Assembly (NCBI GenBank): GCA_046759165.1 | Contig: JBHIBS010000005.1 | Coordinates: 1 to 54,885 of the forward strand | DNA: 54,885 bases | Reading direction: 5' to 3' | Source of the DNA: a bacterium | GTDB lineage: Bacteria; UBA6262; WVXT01 | Part shown: positions 28,361 through 39,745 of the stretch, piece by piece | Layout of the letters: the number at the start of each line of letters is the position of its first letter | Numbering within the stretch: the stretch's first letter is position 1 | Position numbers and translations under genes: made by a program | The notes under the pieces: model-generated | Databases searched by the model: none | The model's input: the letters and a program-made list of their open reading frames with translations, nothing else | What the model was told of the DNA's origin: nothing

Positions 28361-29354
28361 CTTTATCTACCTCCTGGGAAACAGCGTTTAGGATTTTCTG
28401 TTTAACTTCTTCCAGAGTCCCTTGAATTGTACACCCAGCGGCATTTCTATGACCGCCCCCGCTAAATGACCTCGCAATCTTGCTCACGTCTATCTTTCCT
28501 TTTGAACGAAAGCTAACTTTAAACTGATTGAGAACAGCAGTTTCTCTGAAAAGAATTCCCACTTCCACCCCTTCCACATCTCTAGCGAAGTTGACAAATC
28601 CCTCAACCTCGTCTTCCCTGGCACCGGTTTCTTCATACATATCTTGCGTAAGCAAAAGGAGGGCGGTCTTTCTATTGGCGGTTACTTTCAATGTACTTAA
28701 AGTTGATGATAGCAATTTTAATCCGGCTGCAGTCCTCTCGTCATAAACCTTCTGAGCAACGAGTTGTGGAGAGACTCCCTTCCTTATGAACTCAGCGACA
28801 ATTTCATGGCATCGGGGTGTAGTGTTAGCTTCCCGAAATCTGCCCGTATCGGTCAGGACGCCCACATAGAGGGCTAGTGCTTCCTCCTCGGTTACCCCAA
28901 AATTAGACTCTTTAAATAGATCGTAAAGTTCTTCGGCAACAGACGATGCTTTGGGCTCAACGTAATTGTAATCCCCGAATAGTTCGCAGCCTACATGATG
29001 GTCCATATTAATTACAATTTTCACTCTACTTTTGAGGTCTATCATATTTCCTATTCTCTGAAGGTCACTACAGTCTAAAATAAAAGCTACATCAAAATCC
29101 TTCTCTATCTTCTGTGCAATGTGAATATCACTACCATGTGGCAAAAATTGGTAAACTGCTGGAACAGGGTCTCGATTTGCAATGTAGACATCCTTTCCCA
29201 ATCGTTTCAAGAAGGAACCAAGAGCTAACTGTGCGCCTATCGAGTCGCCGTCTGGCCTGGTATGAGAAGAAATAAAAAATGTACGGTTTTCTCGGATTAC
29301 TTGTAGAATCTTATCGATTATCTTCTTTTTTTCTCTGCTGAGTTCCTTTTGCAT
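28326..29354 (-). CDS. nrnA: DHH family phosphoesterase (NrnA-like)
   Basis: HTRPDGDSIG, MDHH, TDTGRF, SFRS and GGGH motifs. Confidence 0.88.
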   Translation of the reverse strand: MQKELSREKKKIIDKILQVIRENRTFFISSHTRPDGDSIGAQLALGSFLKRLGKDVYIANRDPVPAVYQFLPHGSDIHIAQKIEKDFDVAFILDCSDLQRIGNMIDLKSRVKIVINMDHHVGCELFGDYNYVEPKASSVAEELYDLFKESNFGVTEEEALALYVGVLTDTGRFREANTTPRCHEIVAEFIRKGVSPQLVAQKVYDERTAAGLKLLSSTLSTLKVTANRKTALLLLTQDMYEETGAREDEVEGFVNFARDVEGVEVGILFRETAVLNQFKVSFRSKGKIDVSKIARSFSGGGHRNAAGCTIQGTLEEVKQKILNAVSQEVDKAGIAEGRHSHH

Positions 29355-29715
29355 TATTTTTCTCTTGGTGAATCTTGTTAATCAACTCATCGATTCGGGC
29401 AGCCCTTTCAATTGTCTCGTCGTACTGGAAAACAATTTCCGGCGTATACCTCAACCTGATTCTCTGACCAACATGGTAACGCACAAAAGATGTCATCCTC
29501 TTCAGTAGTTCTTCCGTTGATATTCTTTCCTGCTCTGAGCCGTAAACTGTAAAATAGACCTTGGCATGCTGTAAGTCGTCTGTAACTTTAACTCCAGTGA
29601 TTGTAACAAAACCCAAGTGAGGATTTTTTATCCGCTTTTGAAGGATTGCACTAATCTCTTTTTGGATTAAATGGGCTACTCGTTTCGGTCTTTTAAGAGG
29701 CATTTCTTCAACCAT
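29311..29715 (-). CDS. rbfA: Ribosome-binding factor A
   Basis: VTITGVKVTDDLQHAKVY and LRYTPEIVFQYD motifs. Confidence 0.96.
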   Translation of the reverse strand: MVEEMPLKRPKRVAHLIQKEISAILQKRIKNPHLGFVTITGVKVTDDLQHAKVYFTVYGSEQERISTEELLKRMTSFVRYHVGQRIRLRYTPEIVFQYDETIERAARIDELINKIHQEKNNAKGTQQRKKEDNR

Positions 29716-29750
29716 TAAGGGAGAGCGCCAGCACGAGGAGAGATGGAGGT

Positions 29751-30056
29751 TTAGTGGTTCTCTATTATAAAATCATGATCGATAATTTCTACTTTCTTCG
29801 CTTCCCGAATAAATTCAATTATCTTATCACTTATTGTCTGTGCCTGTTTTCTGTTGGGGCAAACCAATGCAATTCCCAAAGTAGAACGCTGCCACAAATC
29901 TTGGTTATCCACCTCTGATATGGAAATGTTGAACCTGGCTCTTATTCTATCCTTAAGGCTTTTAACCACCCTTCTCTTCTCCTTGAGCGAACTCGGCTTA
30001 TCAGAAAGATATAGACTTATCCGTCCTAAGCTGAAAACCATCTCATTATCCAACAC
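29751..30056 (-). CDS. DUF503 (YlxP) family protein
   Basis: SLKEKRRVVKSL...FNISISEV..QDLWQR; infB-DUF503-rbfA synteny. Confidence 0.9.
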   Translation of the reverse strand: MLDNEMVFSLGRISLYLSDKPSSLKEKRRVVKSLKDRIRARFNISISEVDNQDLWQRSTLGIALVCPNRKQAQTISDKIIEFIREAKKVEIIDHDFIIENH

Positions 30057-30080
30057 TGATGGAGCTTTACGCTAAGAAAT

Positions 30081-32291
30081 TCAAAACTGTAGTTTGCGAG
30101 CAATTTTCTCTAAAGTGAAGGCTTCGAGAATGTCGTTCTCTTTTATGTCATTAAAATTTTCCAGTCCTAGTCCACATTCCAAGCCAGATTCTACTTCCTT
30201 CACGTCGTCTTTGAACCTTTTCAGAGAAGATATTTTACCCTCATAAATTATAATGTTATCACGCAAGAGGCGCACTCTACTCTGGCGTGAGATCTTTCCC
30301 TTAGCGACAAAACACCCTGCTACTGTACCTACCTTTGGAATTCTGAATGTGCGCTTTACTTCAGCTCTGCCCAATGGAATTTCCTTGTACTCAGGCTCCA
30401 GAAGCCCTTCCATCGCTTTCTTCGTCTCCTCCACGGCTTCATAGATAACCCTATAAGTATGGATATCAACCCCCTCTTTTTCAGCTAATTCTTCAGCGCT
30501 CGGTCCTGGACGAACATTAAAGCCAATAATAATTGCGTTGGAAGCAGCACCTAACATCACATCGCTTTCATTGATTCCACCCACTCCCCTGTGGGCTATA
30601 TTTAGAGTTATTTCCTGAGTACTCAATTTCTGCAGAGAATCACAGAGCGCTTCAACGGAACCTTGAACATCGGCCTTAACAATTATCTTGAGTTCCTTAA
30701 GCTTCCCCAATGCAATCTGCTCATGCAAGTCTTCCAATGTAACTCTCCTTCTCCGGGATAGAACCTCTTCTCGCCTGATTCTCTGTCGTATCTTACTAAT
30801 TTCTCTTGCTGCTCTATCACTATCTAAGGCATAAAATTTATCCCCAGCCTGCGGTAGACTCGAAAATCCCAGCACCTCTGCAGGCATAGAAGGACCGATG
30901 CTTTTAACTTTTTTGCCTCGATCATTAATCATGGCTCTCACCTTGCCTGCCGAGAAACCTGAAACAAAAGCACCGCCAACTTCCAATGTGCCAGATTGCA
31001 CCAAAACAGTAGCCACCGGACCCCGTTGTTTATCTAATCTTGCTTCAATAACCGTCCCCCGGACTTTCTTATTGGGATTCGCTTTTAATTCCAACATCTC
31101 CGCTTCCAAAAGAATCATCTCTAACAGATTATCCAGACCATTTCTCTCTTTGGCGGACACTTCCACAAAGATAGTCTTACCTCCCCAGTCTTCAGAAACG
31201 AGGTTGTATTGACTCAGCTCTTGCTTTACCTTCTCAACATTGGCATTGGGCAAGTCTACTTTATTCACTGCTACCAAAATCGGCACACCTGCCGCGCGGG
31301 CATGGTCTATAGCTTCTACGGTCTGAGACCTGACTCCTTCATCGGCAGCCACAACTAAAACGATTATATCGGTCACCTGAGCTCCGCGAGCTCGCATCGC
31401 TGTAAAGGCTTCGTGGCCTGGGGTGTCCAGGAATACAATATCTCCCTTATCTAGACTGATATGGTATGCCCCGATATGTTGCGTAATCCCACCGGACTCC
31501 TTGGCAATGATCTTGGATTCTCGAATCGCATCCAATAGGGATGTCTTACCGTGATCTACATGTCCCATTATAGTTACTATCGGCGGACGCGGCTGGAGTA
31601 AGGATTCGTCTTCTTCTTTCTCCTTGAGAAGCTCTTCTCCATACAAGGGAACTACTTCTACTGCGAAACCGAATTCTCCTGCAGCAAGGGTAGCGGTATC
31701 TATATCCAGCCTTTGGTTGATTGTAGCCAGGATACGCTGACCCATTAACTTCTTGATAAGTTCGTTTACTTTTACTCCCATTTTGCTGGCTAACTCACTT
31801 ACTGTAATCGTTTCGTCTATCCTAATGAGTTTAGTGGGAGGTGGGAGAACCTCCTTTTCTTCCTTTACTTCAGGGACTACCTTTTCCTCCTCTTTCACCT
31901 CTTCGACTACAGGTGTAGCCTTCTCAGGGATTTCCTCCTCTACCGGTTTTATAGTTTCAACGGGAACAGAGACCGAAGGAGCAGCAAGAGGTTTCCCTTC
32001 GGCAACAGCTCGTTTAGCACCCTTCTTTCGCCGCGTAGTGGGCGCTTTCTTCTTTTTAACCCCGACCGCTCTCTTTTTTACTACCTTGGTTGGTGCTTTT
32101 TTCCGGGAGACCCTTTTCTTGACAGGAACCTTCTCCTTTTTTTTACGTGCAAATGAACTTTTAACTTTCCTCACTTCCTGAGGAGTCAGGGAATCTTCAG
32201 GACTTTTCACTGGAATTTTCAACTCAGAGGTTTTTGTTAATAGTTTCTTATATGAAATATTTAGTTTTTTAGCCAGTTCTTTTACCTTCAT
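30081..32291 (-). CDS. infB: Translation initiation factor IF-2
   Basis: [45 protein letters not shown]. Confidence 0.98.
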   Translation of the reverse strand: MKVKELAKKLNISYKKLLTKTSELKIPVKSPEDSLTPQEVRKVKSSFARKKKEKVPVKKRVSRKKAPTKVVKKRAVGVKKKKAPTTRRKKGAKRAVAEGKPLAAPSVSVPVETIKPVEEEIPEKATPVVEEVKEEEKVVPEVKEEKEVLPPPTKLIRIDETITVSELASKMGVKVNELIKKLMGQRILATINQRLDIDTATLAAGEFGFAVEVVPLYGEELLKEKEEDESLLQPRPPIVTIMGHVDHGKTSLLDAIRESKIIAKESGGITQHIGAYHISLDKGDIVFLDTPGHEAFTAMRARGAQVTDIIVLVVAADEGVRSQTVEAIDHARAAGVPILVAVNKVDLPNANVEKVKQELSQYNLVSEDWGGKTIFVEVSAKERNGLDNLLEMILLEAEMLELKANPNKKVRGTVIEARLDKQRGPVATVLVQSGTLEVGGAFVSGFSAGKVRAMINDRGKKVKSIGPSMPAEVLGFSSLPQAGDKFYALDSDRAAREISKIRQRIRREEVLSRRRRVTLEDLHEQIALGKLKELKIIVKADVQGSVEALCDSLQKLSTQEITLNIAHRGVGGINESDVMLGAASNAIIIGFNVRPGPSAEELAEKEGVDIHTYRVIYEAVEETKKAMEGLLEPEYKEIPLGRAEVKRTFRIPKVGTVAGCFVAKGKISRQSRVRLLRDNIIIYEGKISSLKRFKDDVKEVESGLECGLGLENFNDIKENDILEAFTLEKIARKLQF

Positions 32292-33526
32292 TTTGCCTTG
32301 CCTTCTTTCTTAGCAGCCCGGTAAATTTTCTCTGCTAATTTCGCTCCAATTCCGGAAATCTTAGTTAGTTCGGAAATGGAAGATGAGGCTATCTTCTCTA
32401 AATTTGTAAATCCATGCTGAGATAGAAGTTGAGCAGTTACCTTCCCCACTCCTGGAAGCTTGGTAAGATCCCTGACCTCTGCTTCTTTTGCCTCTTTCAT
32501 CTGCGATTCGCTCTTAATATCAATATGCCAACCTGTGAGCCGGGCAGCCAAACGCACATTTTGACCTGCTTTCCCGATGGCCAACGAGAGCTGATCATCA
32601 GCCACGATTACCAGGGCATTCTTTCTATCCCTTTCTACACTAACACTTGAGACCTTGGCTGGGCTGAGGGAACTAGCAATATAGGTAACAGGTTCGCTAC
32701 TATGAGGAATCAAATCCATTCTTTCTCCATTTAATTCATAAATAATTGCCTGAACTCTCGAACCTTTCACTCCCACACAGGCACCCACAGGATCGACTTT
32801 TTCATTAGTGGAAATCACAGCCACTTTACAGCGGTGTCCTGGCTCTCTGACTATCTGTTTTATCTCCACAGTGCGATCTCTCACTTCCGGTACCTCCAAT
32901 TCATAAAGTCTTTTTACTAAGCCCGGATGCGTTCGCGAAACGTTAATTTTGGGACCTCGTGGTGATTGCTCCACCTTCAATATGTAGACTTTGAGCCTTT
33001 CGAAAAGCTCGTACTTATGATCGGGTATCTGCTCCCACTCTGGCAGGGTGGCTTCTGCCTTTCCCAAATCAACAATGATATTCTTCCGGACAAACCTCTG
33101 AACCACACCATTCATAACAGTGCCTTCCTTCTCTTTAAACTCCTTGAATAGATTCTCCCTTTCAGTTTCCCGGATGCGCTGGATAATTACCTGTTTTGCA
33201 GTTTGAGCGGCAATTCTTCCGAACTCTTTGGTTTCCACCTTAATCTTTATCTCGTCACCTACCTTAACTGCAGGGTCGAGCCTTAATGCTTCTTTTTTAG
33301 CTATTTGGGTATATCGGTTTTCTACTTTACTTACTACCTTTTTCTTTACATAGGCAGTAATCGCCCCGGATTCCGGGTCCACGTGTGCTTCAAATTTCTG
33401 CTTTTTCCCAGAATGTTTGCGAAAGGCCGAAGTTAAAGCCGCCTCAATCATCACCAGAAGCTGCTCTTTAGGAATGCCTTTCTCTCTTTCTATCTGTTCA
33501 AAAACTCCTATTAACTCTCCTTCCAA
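32288..33526 (-). CDS. nusA: Transcription factor NusA
   Basis: [45 protein letters not shown]-terminal HhH. Confidence 0.98.
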   Translation of the reverse strand: MEGELIGVFEQIEREKGIPKEQLLVMIEAALTSAFRKHSGKKQKFEAHVDPESGAITAYVKKKVVSKVENRYTQIAKKEALRLDPAVKVGDEIKIKVETKEFGRIAAQTAKQVIIQRIRETERENLFKEFKEKEGTVMNGVVQRFVRKNIIVDLGKAEATLPEWEQIPDHKYELFERLKVYILKVEQSPRGPKINVSRTHPGLVKRLYELEVPEVRDRTVEIKQIVREPGHRCKVAVISTNEKVDPVGACVGVKGSRVQAIIYELNGERMDLIPHSSEPVTYIASSLSPAKVSSVSVERDRKNALVIVADDQLSLAIGKAGQNVRLAARLTGWHIDIKSESQMKEAKEAEVRDLTKLPGVGKVTAQLLSQHGFTNLEKIASSSISELTKISGIGAKLAEKIYRAAKKEGKAK

Positions 33527-33616
33527 TAATTCCTCCGAATATCATAGAAAATTTAGTATCAGTAAAATACTGTTTCATAAAAAACAATGTTTTCTGATTA
33601 TATTGATTAAAAGTAA

Positions 33617-33677
33617 GATTACACAGATTAAACCTCGACGAGAACATCTGTGTAATCATCCTAAAATCCGTGTAATC
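33617..33677. repeat. GATTACACAGAT-type short palindromic repeat
   Basis: GATTACACAGAT (33617-33628), its inverse ATCTGTGTAATC (33646-33657) and a third copy ATCCGTGTAATC (33666-33677). Confidence 0.7.
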
Positions 33678-33714
33678 AACAGCCCTGAACCAATTTTGTG
33701 AAGAGCCGTCAGTA

Positions 33715-33778
33715 AAAACAAAAAGTGGCTTTTTATAGCCACTTATTTAAATATACCAAGTTTGAAAAAATAATGCAA
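33715..33778 (-). promoter_or_regulatory. nusA operon promoter and leader hairpin/attenuator
   Basis: TTGCAT-N17-TATATT (33778-33750), then the hairpin AAGTGGCT-ATAAAA-AGCCACTT followed by a U-rich tract. Confidence 0.6.
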
Positions 33779-33845
33779 GGAAAAAATATTTTAAATCAAC
33801 GTCAAGGCGTTAACAACACTTCCGTGAAAAATGACTTTTCAGATG

Positions 33846-35594
33846 TCACGCTCGACACGAATTTCCAGAGGAAGTGATTAGTTCCTGGACCTGTTTTTGC
33901 ACCCCGTCGGGCTGGACTTTTCTTACCTCCTTTTCTTTTCGAAGTTTCACTTCCACTATATTTTTGGTCAAAGTCTTCTCTCCCACAGTTACCCTGATAG
34001 GAATTCCTATCAAGTCTGCATCTTTGAATTTCACTCCCGCTCTCTCATCGCGATCATCCATTAAGACCTCATAGCCACCATTTTCCAGTTCTTTATGAAT
34101 TCTACTGGAAATGGCCTTGATCTTTTCATGTTCATAGTTTACAGGCAGAATTAGAACTTGAAAGGGTGCTATGGGTAGTGGCCAGATGATGCCATTCTGA
34201 TCGTGGCCCTGCTCGATAGCAGCAGCTACAATTCGAGAAACTCCTATACCATAACAGCCCATCACAAAATGTTTCTCTTTTCCATCCCTATCAAGAAAAG
34301 TCGCCTCCAACGCCTTAGAATATTTAGTTCCAAGTTTGAATGTATGCCCAACCTCAATGCCCCGGGAGAATTCTAAGGTTTTCCCACACTTTGGACAGAA
34401 ATCTCCCTTCCTCGCTTTCCTCAAGTCCAGAACTTCATCTACATTATAATCTCTTCTTATGTTGACGTTTTTCAAATGGTAATCCTTTCTATTGGCTCCA
34501 GTTACGCCATTAACAATTCCTTCCACTGAATAGTCAGCAAGTAGCTTACGCTTTACTTTTAATCCCACTGGACCGGCAAACCCGAGAGGAGCACCTGTAA
34601 CTTCCTCAATTGTTTTCTCATCTGCAAGAAAAATTTCATTTACACCAAGATAACTTTTCAGCTTGGTCTCGTTAAGCTCATGGTCCCCCCTTACCAGAAC
34701 TATTACGGGTTCATCGTTAATCTTATAAACCAGTGTCTTTATAAATTTATTCGGTTTCTCTTTCAGAAATTTTCCCACTTCCTCGACTGTCTTCATGTTT
34801 TTCGTTTCAATTTCTTCTAATTCTTTGAGCTCACTTCTCTCTCCAGCCCTTCCACCCGAAGGGACTGTCTTAGGTGGAGGAGGACATTCTGCTTTTTCCA
34901 AGTTCGCAGCATAACCGCACTTACAGGAGACTATAATTTCCTCCCCAGTATCAGCAATAACCATAAACTCATGAGAAAAGGCTCCGCCAATGGCACCAGT
35001 TACTGCTTCCGCAGACCGAAACTTTAGACCACACCTCTGGAAAATTCTGGAGTAGGCTTCAAATACGTTGTTATAACTTGTTTTTGCATCCTTATCATTA
35101 GCATCAAAACTATAGGCATCTTTCATGTAGAATTCCCTGGCCCTGATTACTCCAAATCTTGGCCTGATTTCATCTCGAAACTTCGTCTGGAACTGATAAA
35201 GCAAGAGAGGCAATTCTTTATAAGACCTGACTTCTCTTCGCACAAGATCGGTAATCACTTCTTCATGAGTAGGACCAAGACAGAAGTCTCTTCTATTTCT
35301 GTCCCTTAGCCTTATCAACTCTTTCCCATAGAAGTCCCACCGTCCGCTCTCTTCCCACAGTTCTCTTGGCTGCATTGCTGGAAGGGAGACCTCCTGTCCG
35401 CCGATTGAGTTCATCTCCTCTCGAATGATGTTTTCCACCTTTTGGAGAACTCTCAAACCTAAAGGTAGCCATTCGTAAATACCACTGGCTAATCGTCTCA
35501 TGACTCCTGAGCGAATCATAAATTGATGGGAGGGTACCTCGGCCTCCCTGGGACTCTCCTTCAATGTGGGTAAGAGATATTTTGAAATAAGCAT
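33846..35594 (-). CDS. proS: Proline--tRNA ligase
   Basis: [28 protein letters not shown] editing domain, GIEVGH.F.LG, MGCYGIG. Confidence 0.98.
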   Translation of the reverse strand: MLISKYLLPTLKESPREAEVPSHQFMIRSGVMRRLASGIYEWLPLGLRVLQKVENIIREEMNSIGGQEVSLPAMQPRELWEESGRWDFYGKELIRLRDRNRRDFCLGPTHEEVITDLVRREVRSYKELPLLLYQFQTKFRDEIRPRFGVIRAREFYMKDAYSFDANDKDAKTSYNNVFEAYSRIFQRCGLKFRSAEAVTGAIGGAFSHEFMVIADTGEEIIVSCKCGYAANLEKAECPPPPKTVPSGGRAGERSELKELEEIETKNMKTVEEVGKFLKEKPNKFIKTLVYKINDEPVIVLVRGDHELNETKLKSYLGVNEIFLADEKTIEEVTGAPLGFAGPVGLKVKRKLLADYSVEGIVNGVTGANRKDYHLKNVNIRRDYNVDEVLDLRKARKGDFCPKCGKTLEFSRGIEVGHTFKLGTKYSKALEATFLDRDGKEKHFVMGCYGIGVSRIVAAAIEQGHDQNGIIWPLPIAPFQVLILPVNYEHEKIKAISSRIHKELENGGYEVLMDDRDERAGVKFKDADLIGIPIRVTVGEKTLTKNIVEVKLRKEKEVRKVQPDGVQKQVQELITSSGNSCRA

Positions 35595-35681
35595 AACTCC
35601 TCCGAATTATGCTGGAGTCCTCCCGAAAGGGAGGGGAGACACCTTGCTTTCGCAAGGACTCCATTTATCAATGGGATTATG

Positions 35682-36353
35682 TTATACCATCCCTTTCTCT
35701 TTAAGGCTTACATATCTTTTACTGCCGATAATGATGTGGTCTAAAAGTTCTATATCCATTGTCTTTCCCACCGCGGAGAGCTTTCCTGTAATTTCTAAAT
35801 CGTCCTTGGATGGTTCAGCATCACCCGAAGGATGATTATGGGCCACAATCAGGCCGCAGGCAAGATATTCTACTGCTGGTTGAAATACTTCTCTGGGATG
35901 AACCAGATTGGCGGTCAGCGTCCCGATAGAGATTACTTCATCGTGGATGACTTTATTTCTCGCATTCAAATACAACCCTCGAAACTGCTCCTTCTTCAGC
36001 TTTCTCATGTCTTCCAGATAGGTGTACACATCTTCCGGCCCTCTAATAGTAGGCATCTTTCCCGGCTGCTCTTGGAAGAACCTCCTTCCCAGCTCAAAAC
36101 AGGCAACTATCTGACAAGCTTTGACTGGTGGAATTCCCAGAGTTTCCATCAATCGTCCAACATTCTTTTCAGAAGTAATTGCTTTGGAGCCGTATTCTTT
36201 GATTATCCTGTGGGATAACTCTAAAACATTTTCATCTCGGTATCCTGTATTCAGGATAATCGAGACCAATTCCGGAATTCTCAGAATATCGGGGCCGTAT
36301 TTTATCAATTTCTCACGTGGCTTTTTTTCTTCGGGCAATTCCTTGAGCCTCAT
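35682..36353 (-). CDS. radC: RadC/JAB (UPF0758) family protein
   Basis: PREKL, VHPREVF, HNHPSGD..PS..D, LLDHIIIG. Start placed at ATG 36353. Confidence 0.93.
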   Translation of the reverse strand: MRLKELPEEKKPREKLIKYGPDILRIPELVSIILNTGYRDENVLELSHRIIKEYGSKAITSEKNVGRLMETLGIPPVKACQIVACFELGRRFFQEQPGKMPTIRGPEDVYTYLEDMRKLKKEQFRGLYLNARNKVIHDEVISIGTLTANLVHPREVFQPAVEYLACGLIVAHNHPSGDAEPSKDDLEITGKLSAVGKTMDIELLDHIIIGSKRYVSLKEKGMV

Positions 36354-36372
36354 GCGGTAACTATTTCCAATT

Positions 36373-37539
36373 CTATTCCTGAGCATAGCGGTATTCTCTC
36401 CTTTTCAATTCTCTTTCAATCTCCTCCAAGAGAACATTTATCATCTCTCTTTCTTTAACTTTCTTAATCACTTTACCCCGCCTGAAAAGGAGTCCCAAAC
36501 CCTTCCCCCCGGCTATTCCCACATCTGCCTCCCTGGCCTCTCCCGGACCGTTAACCACACAGCCCATTATCGCTACTTTCAATGGATAGAGCCTTGAGAA
36601 TTCACTTCCAGCAACAAGGTTTTTTTGTGAAAAAAGAGATTGCAATTTTTTCTCTATTTCATTACTAATTTTAATCAGGTCAATTTGACAGCGACTGCAA
36701 GTAGGACAGGAGATGACTTCTGGGCCAAAACTTCTCAGCCTCAATGCTTTCAAAATCTCATAACCAACTCTCACTTCCTCCTCCGGGGAAGCGGTCAGCG
36801 ATACCCTTATTGTATCGCCAATACCCTCAGAAAGGAGCACTCCAATACCCAGAGTCGACTTTATGGTGCCCGAGAATTCAGTTCCGGCTTCAGTAATTCC
36901 TAAGTGGAGAGGATAATCTGTCTTCTCAGATATCAACCTGTAAGCCTGGATGGTAGTGGGAACATCCGAGGCTTTAAGGGAAATAACAATGCGATAAAAC
37001 CTTTGTTTCTCAAGTATCCTTACATATTGAAGAGCTAAAGCAACCATTTTGTTAGCTTTGCTCGCTCCTCGTCTATGAGAAATATCATCTTCATGAAGGT
37101 TAGTACTGAGCGTTCTATTGGGTGAAGGAAGTTTCAAGGAGCCTGCATTAACCCCTACCCTTATGGGGATTTTTGCGCTTCTCGCAGCCTTTGCTATATC
37201 CTTCACTCTCTCTTGACTTCCGATATTTGCTGGATTTATCCTTATCTTATCTACCCCCTTAGCGATAACCTCCATTGCCAGGCGATAATCGAAGTGGATG
37301 TCAGCAACTAAAGGGATATGGACTTTCTTCTTTATCTCTCCCATAACTTTGGCTGCTTCCATATCGGGAACAGCTAAACGGACGATTTCGCAACCTGCTC
37401 TTTCCAGTCGCCTGATCTGATTGACAGTATTTCTGATATCACCTGTATCTGTATTGGTCATCGATTGTACGGAAATCGGAGAATTTCCCCCAATAAACAG
37501 ATTTCCCACTCTTATCTTGCGCGTCTTTTTCCTTTTCAC
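36373..37539 (-). CDS. ispG: HMBPP synthase
   Basis: VQSMTNT, ADIHF, RINP, HLGITEAG, CPTCSR, MGCVVNGPGE. Confidence 0.97.
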   Translation of the reverse strand: MKRKKTRKIRVGNLFIGGNSPISVQSMTNTDTGDIRNTVNQIRRLERAGCEIVRLAVPDMEAAKVMGEIKKKVHIPLVADIHFDYRLAMEVIAKGVDKIRINPANIGSQERVKDIAKAARSAKIPIRVGVNAGSLKLPSPNRTLSTNLHEDDISHRRGASKANKMVALALQYVRILEKQRFYRIVISLKASDVPTTIQAYRLISEKTDYPLHLGITEAGTEFSGTIKSTLGIGVLLSEGIGDTIRVSLTASPEEEVRVGYEILKALRLRSFGPEVISCPTCSRCQIDLIKISNEIEKKLQSLFSQKNLVAGSEFSRLYPLKVAIMGCVVNGPGEAREADVGIAGGKGLGLLFRRGKVIKKVKEREMINVLLEEIERELKRREYRYAQE

Positions 37540-37545
37540 AATTTC

Positions 37546-38583
37546 TTACCTTCTCAGCCTCAATATGTCCTGATAAGTAACCAGAACTAAAAGAAAAACG
37601 ATTATCGCTGCTCCAATGGCTTGAGCAATCTTCATCTTATTTTCATCTAAGGGCCTACCCGTAATTCCTTCGACGAAATAGAACGTAGCATGACCGCCAT
37701 CAAGAAGCGGAATAGGAAAAAGGTTAAATAGACCAATCTCAGCACTGAGTATAGCAATCAATGAGAGCAATTGATAAACTCCTGTCCTTGCTACTTTAGC
37801 CACCATTTGGGCAATCCCTATCGGGCCGACAACAGCGGGCTTCACCGCTCCCAAGAGCATCAGCCATAAATATTTAAGCGTTACAACTATCAAGAATAAT
37901 GTTTGTTGAAATCCTCCTAAGAGAGAAGATATAAAATTATGCTTTCTTACATGCCAGGCCGGACCGATTCCGATTAAGCCCACCCCTCTAGCCTCATCAT
38001 ATTGAGGTGTAACTTTAAGGACGATTTCCTCCTTTCCTCGTAAGATTTTTATCCTAATTTTCTGACCAGGGTTAGAATAGATTATTCCCGCCATTTCCTT
38101 CCAGTTACCTACTTCTTTCCCATCTATTGAGAGGATCTTATCTCCTTTTACCACACCGGCTCTCTCCGCCGGCATCTCTGGAAGCACGCTACCGACTTCT
38201 GTCGATTCATAGTGAGGAATCACAATCCCTGCAAAAAATCCCATCAAAAAGAAAATGGTAACAGCTAAAATAAAATTCATTGCCGGTCCCGAGCCGACAA
38301 TAAGTATTCTTTTCCACCATTTCTGAGAGAGAAACTCATCGGCTGTTCCCTTCCTCTTCTGTCCGGGATGTTCCCCAGCCATCTTCACGTAACCGCCCAC
38401 AGGAATTAAACAGACTACGTATCGCGTCCCTCCTTTGGTAAAACCCAACCATTCAGGTCCAAATCCTAAAGAGAACTTCTCTACCCTCACTCCCATTCTC
38501 TTAGCAGCAATAAGGTGACCTAACTCGTGAAAAAAGATGACCAGGCCAAAGGTGAATACTATCGAAAATATGCTCAAGAGCAT
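37546..38583 (-). CDS. rseP: RIP metalloprotease RseP
   Basis: HELGH, GGYVKM, PDZ domain, NLFPIPLLDGGH. Confidence 0.95.
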   Translation of the reverse strand: MLLSIFSIVFTFGLVIFFHELGHLIAAKRMGVRVEKFSLGFGPEWLGFTKGGTRYVVCLIPVGGYVKMAGEHPGQKRKGTADEFLSQKWWKRILIVGSGPAMNFILAVTIFFLMGFFAGIVIPHYESTEVGSVLPEMPAERAGVVKGDKILSIDGKEVGNWKEMAGIIYSNPGQKIRIKILRGKEEIVLKVTPQYDEARGVGLIGIGPAWHVRKHNFISSLLGGFQQTLFLIVVTLKYLWLMLLGAVKPAVVGPIGIAQMVAKVARTGVYQLLSLIAILSAEIGLFNLFPIPLLDGGHATFYFVEGITGRPLDENKMKIAQAIGAAIIVFLLVLVTYQDILRLRR

Positions 38584-39734
38584 TCTATTTTCTCCCTCGT
38601 CCTATCTCTTGTCCACTGGTCTATTTCTAAAATCTCTTTCAAACTCGGCTTCCTATCTACTTTATGTTCTGTCATTACTGACTCGATAATTTTCGGAATA
38701 TCAATGAATTTTATTTTCCCTTCCAGGAAAGCTCCCACGGCAATTTCATCAGCTGCGTTCAAAACAACAGGCATCGTTCCAGCCGTCCTACCAGCCCTGA
38801 GAGCCAAGCCAAGACAGGGAAAATTCTTTAAGTTTGGCTTCTGGAAAGTAAGCCGAGCTACCTTTTCCAGCTTTAGTCCTTGTAACCTATTTGAATAGCG
38901 TTTGGGATAGGTAAGTGCAAATTGAATGGGAATGCGCATATCAGCAATTCCCAGTTGAGCTAAGATCGATCCGTCGACAAGTTCAACTAATGAGTGGACA
39001 GTTGCCTGTGGGTGAATCAAAACGTCAATCCGATTGATGTCAATCCCGAAGAGGTGACTAGCTTCAATCGCTTCTAAACCCTTGTTCATTAGGGTTGCTG
39101 AGTCGACTGTAATCTTTTTACCCATTTGCCAGGTTGGGTGACGTAAAGCCTCCTTCAAAGTTACTTTCTCAAGTTGACTTTTCTTATGTTTGTAAAAAGG
39201 CCCACCTGATGCTGTCAGTATTAGACGCCGGACATTCTCTACCTTTTCTGCCCTCAGACACTGAAATATAGCGCTATGCTCACTGTCCAGAGGCAAAATT
39301 TTAATTCCTCTCTTCTTGGCAGTCCTAATGATTAGGTCACCCGCTATCACCAGTATCTCTTTGTTGGCTAAGGCGATATCTTTGCCCGCTTCAATTGCCG
39401 ACAAGGTAGGTAACAGTCCGGCCGCACCAACCAAGGCGGAAACCAGAAAATTTGAAACGCGATTCCGGGCAAACTCAATTAATCCAGAAGTCCCCCTATA
39501 AATCTTCGGAAGAGGGCGGAAACGATGGATCCTCTTTTCCAATTCTTGGGCTGCCACTTCGTCACTCAGCGCTACAATTGCTGGTCTAAATTGGATTATC
39601 TGCTCTATTAATAAGTTCACATTCTTCTGGGCAGAGATTCCCATAATTTTATACCCTTTGCCGAGTTTCCTCACCACATTTAATGTATTAACCCCTACGG
39701 AACCAGTGGAGCCCAGAATTGCAATCTTTTTCAA
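38574..39734 (-). CDS. dxr: 1-deoxy-D-xylulose-5-phosphate reductoisomerase
   Basis: LGSTGSVG, LANKE, DSEHSA, LTASGGPF, HPTWQMGKKIT. Confidence 0.97.
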   Translation of the reverse strand: MKKIAILGSTGSVGVNTLNVVRKLGKGYKIMGISAQKNVNLLIEQIIQFRPAIVALSDEVAAQELEKRIHRFRPLPKIYRGTSGLIEFARNRVSNFLVSALVGAAGLLPTLSAIEAGKDIALANKEILVIAGDLIIRTAKKRGIKILPLDSEHSAIFQCLRAEKVENVRRLILTASGGPFYKHKKSQLEKVTLKEALRHPTWQMGKKITVDSATLMNKGLEAIEASHLFGIDINRIDVLIHPQATVHSLVELVDGSILAQLGIADMRIPIQFALTYPKRYSNRLQGLKLEKVARLTFQKPNLKNFPCLGLALRAGRTAGTMPVVLNAADEIAVGAFLEGKIKFIDIPKIIESVMTEHKVDRKPSLKEILEIDQWTRDRTREKIECS

Positions 39735-39745
39735 GCTATACCCTT

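Noticed and set aside
35682-36353. radC as a marker of a mobile or anti-defence island
   Set aside because: It is the full-length chromosomal type within the ispG-proS run, with no mobile genes nearby.
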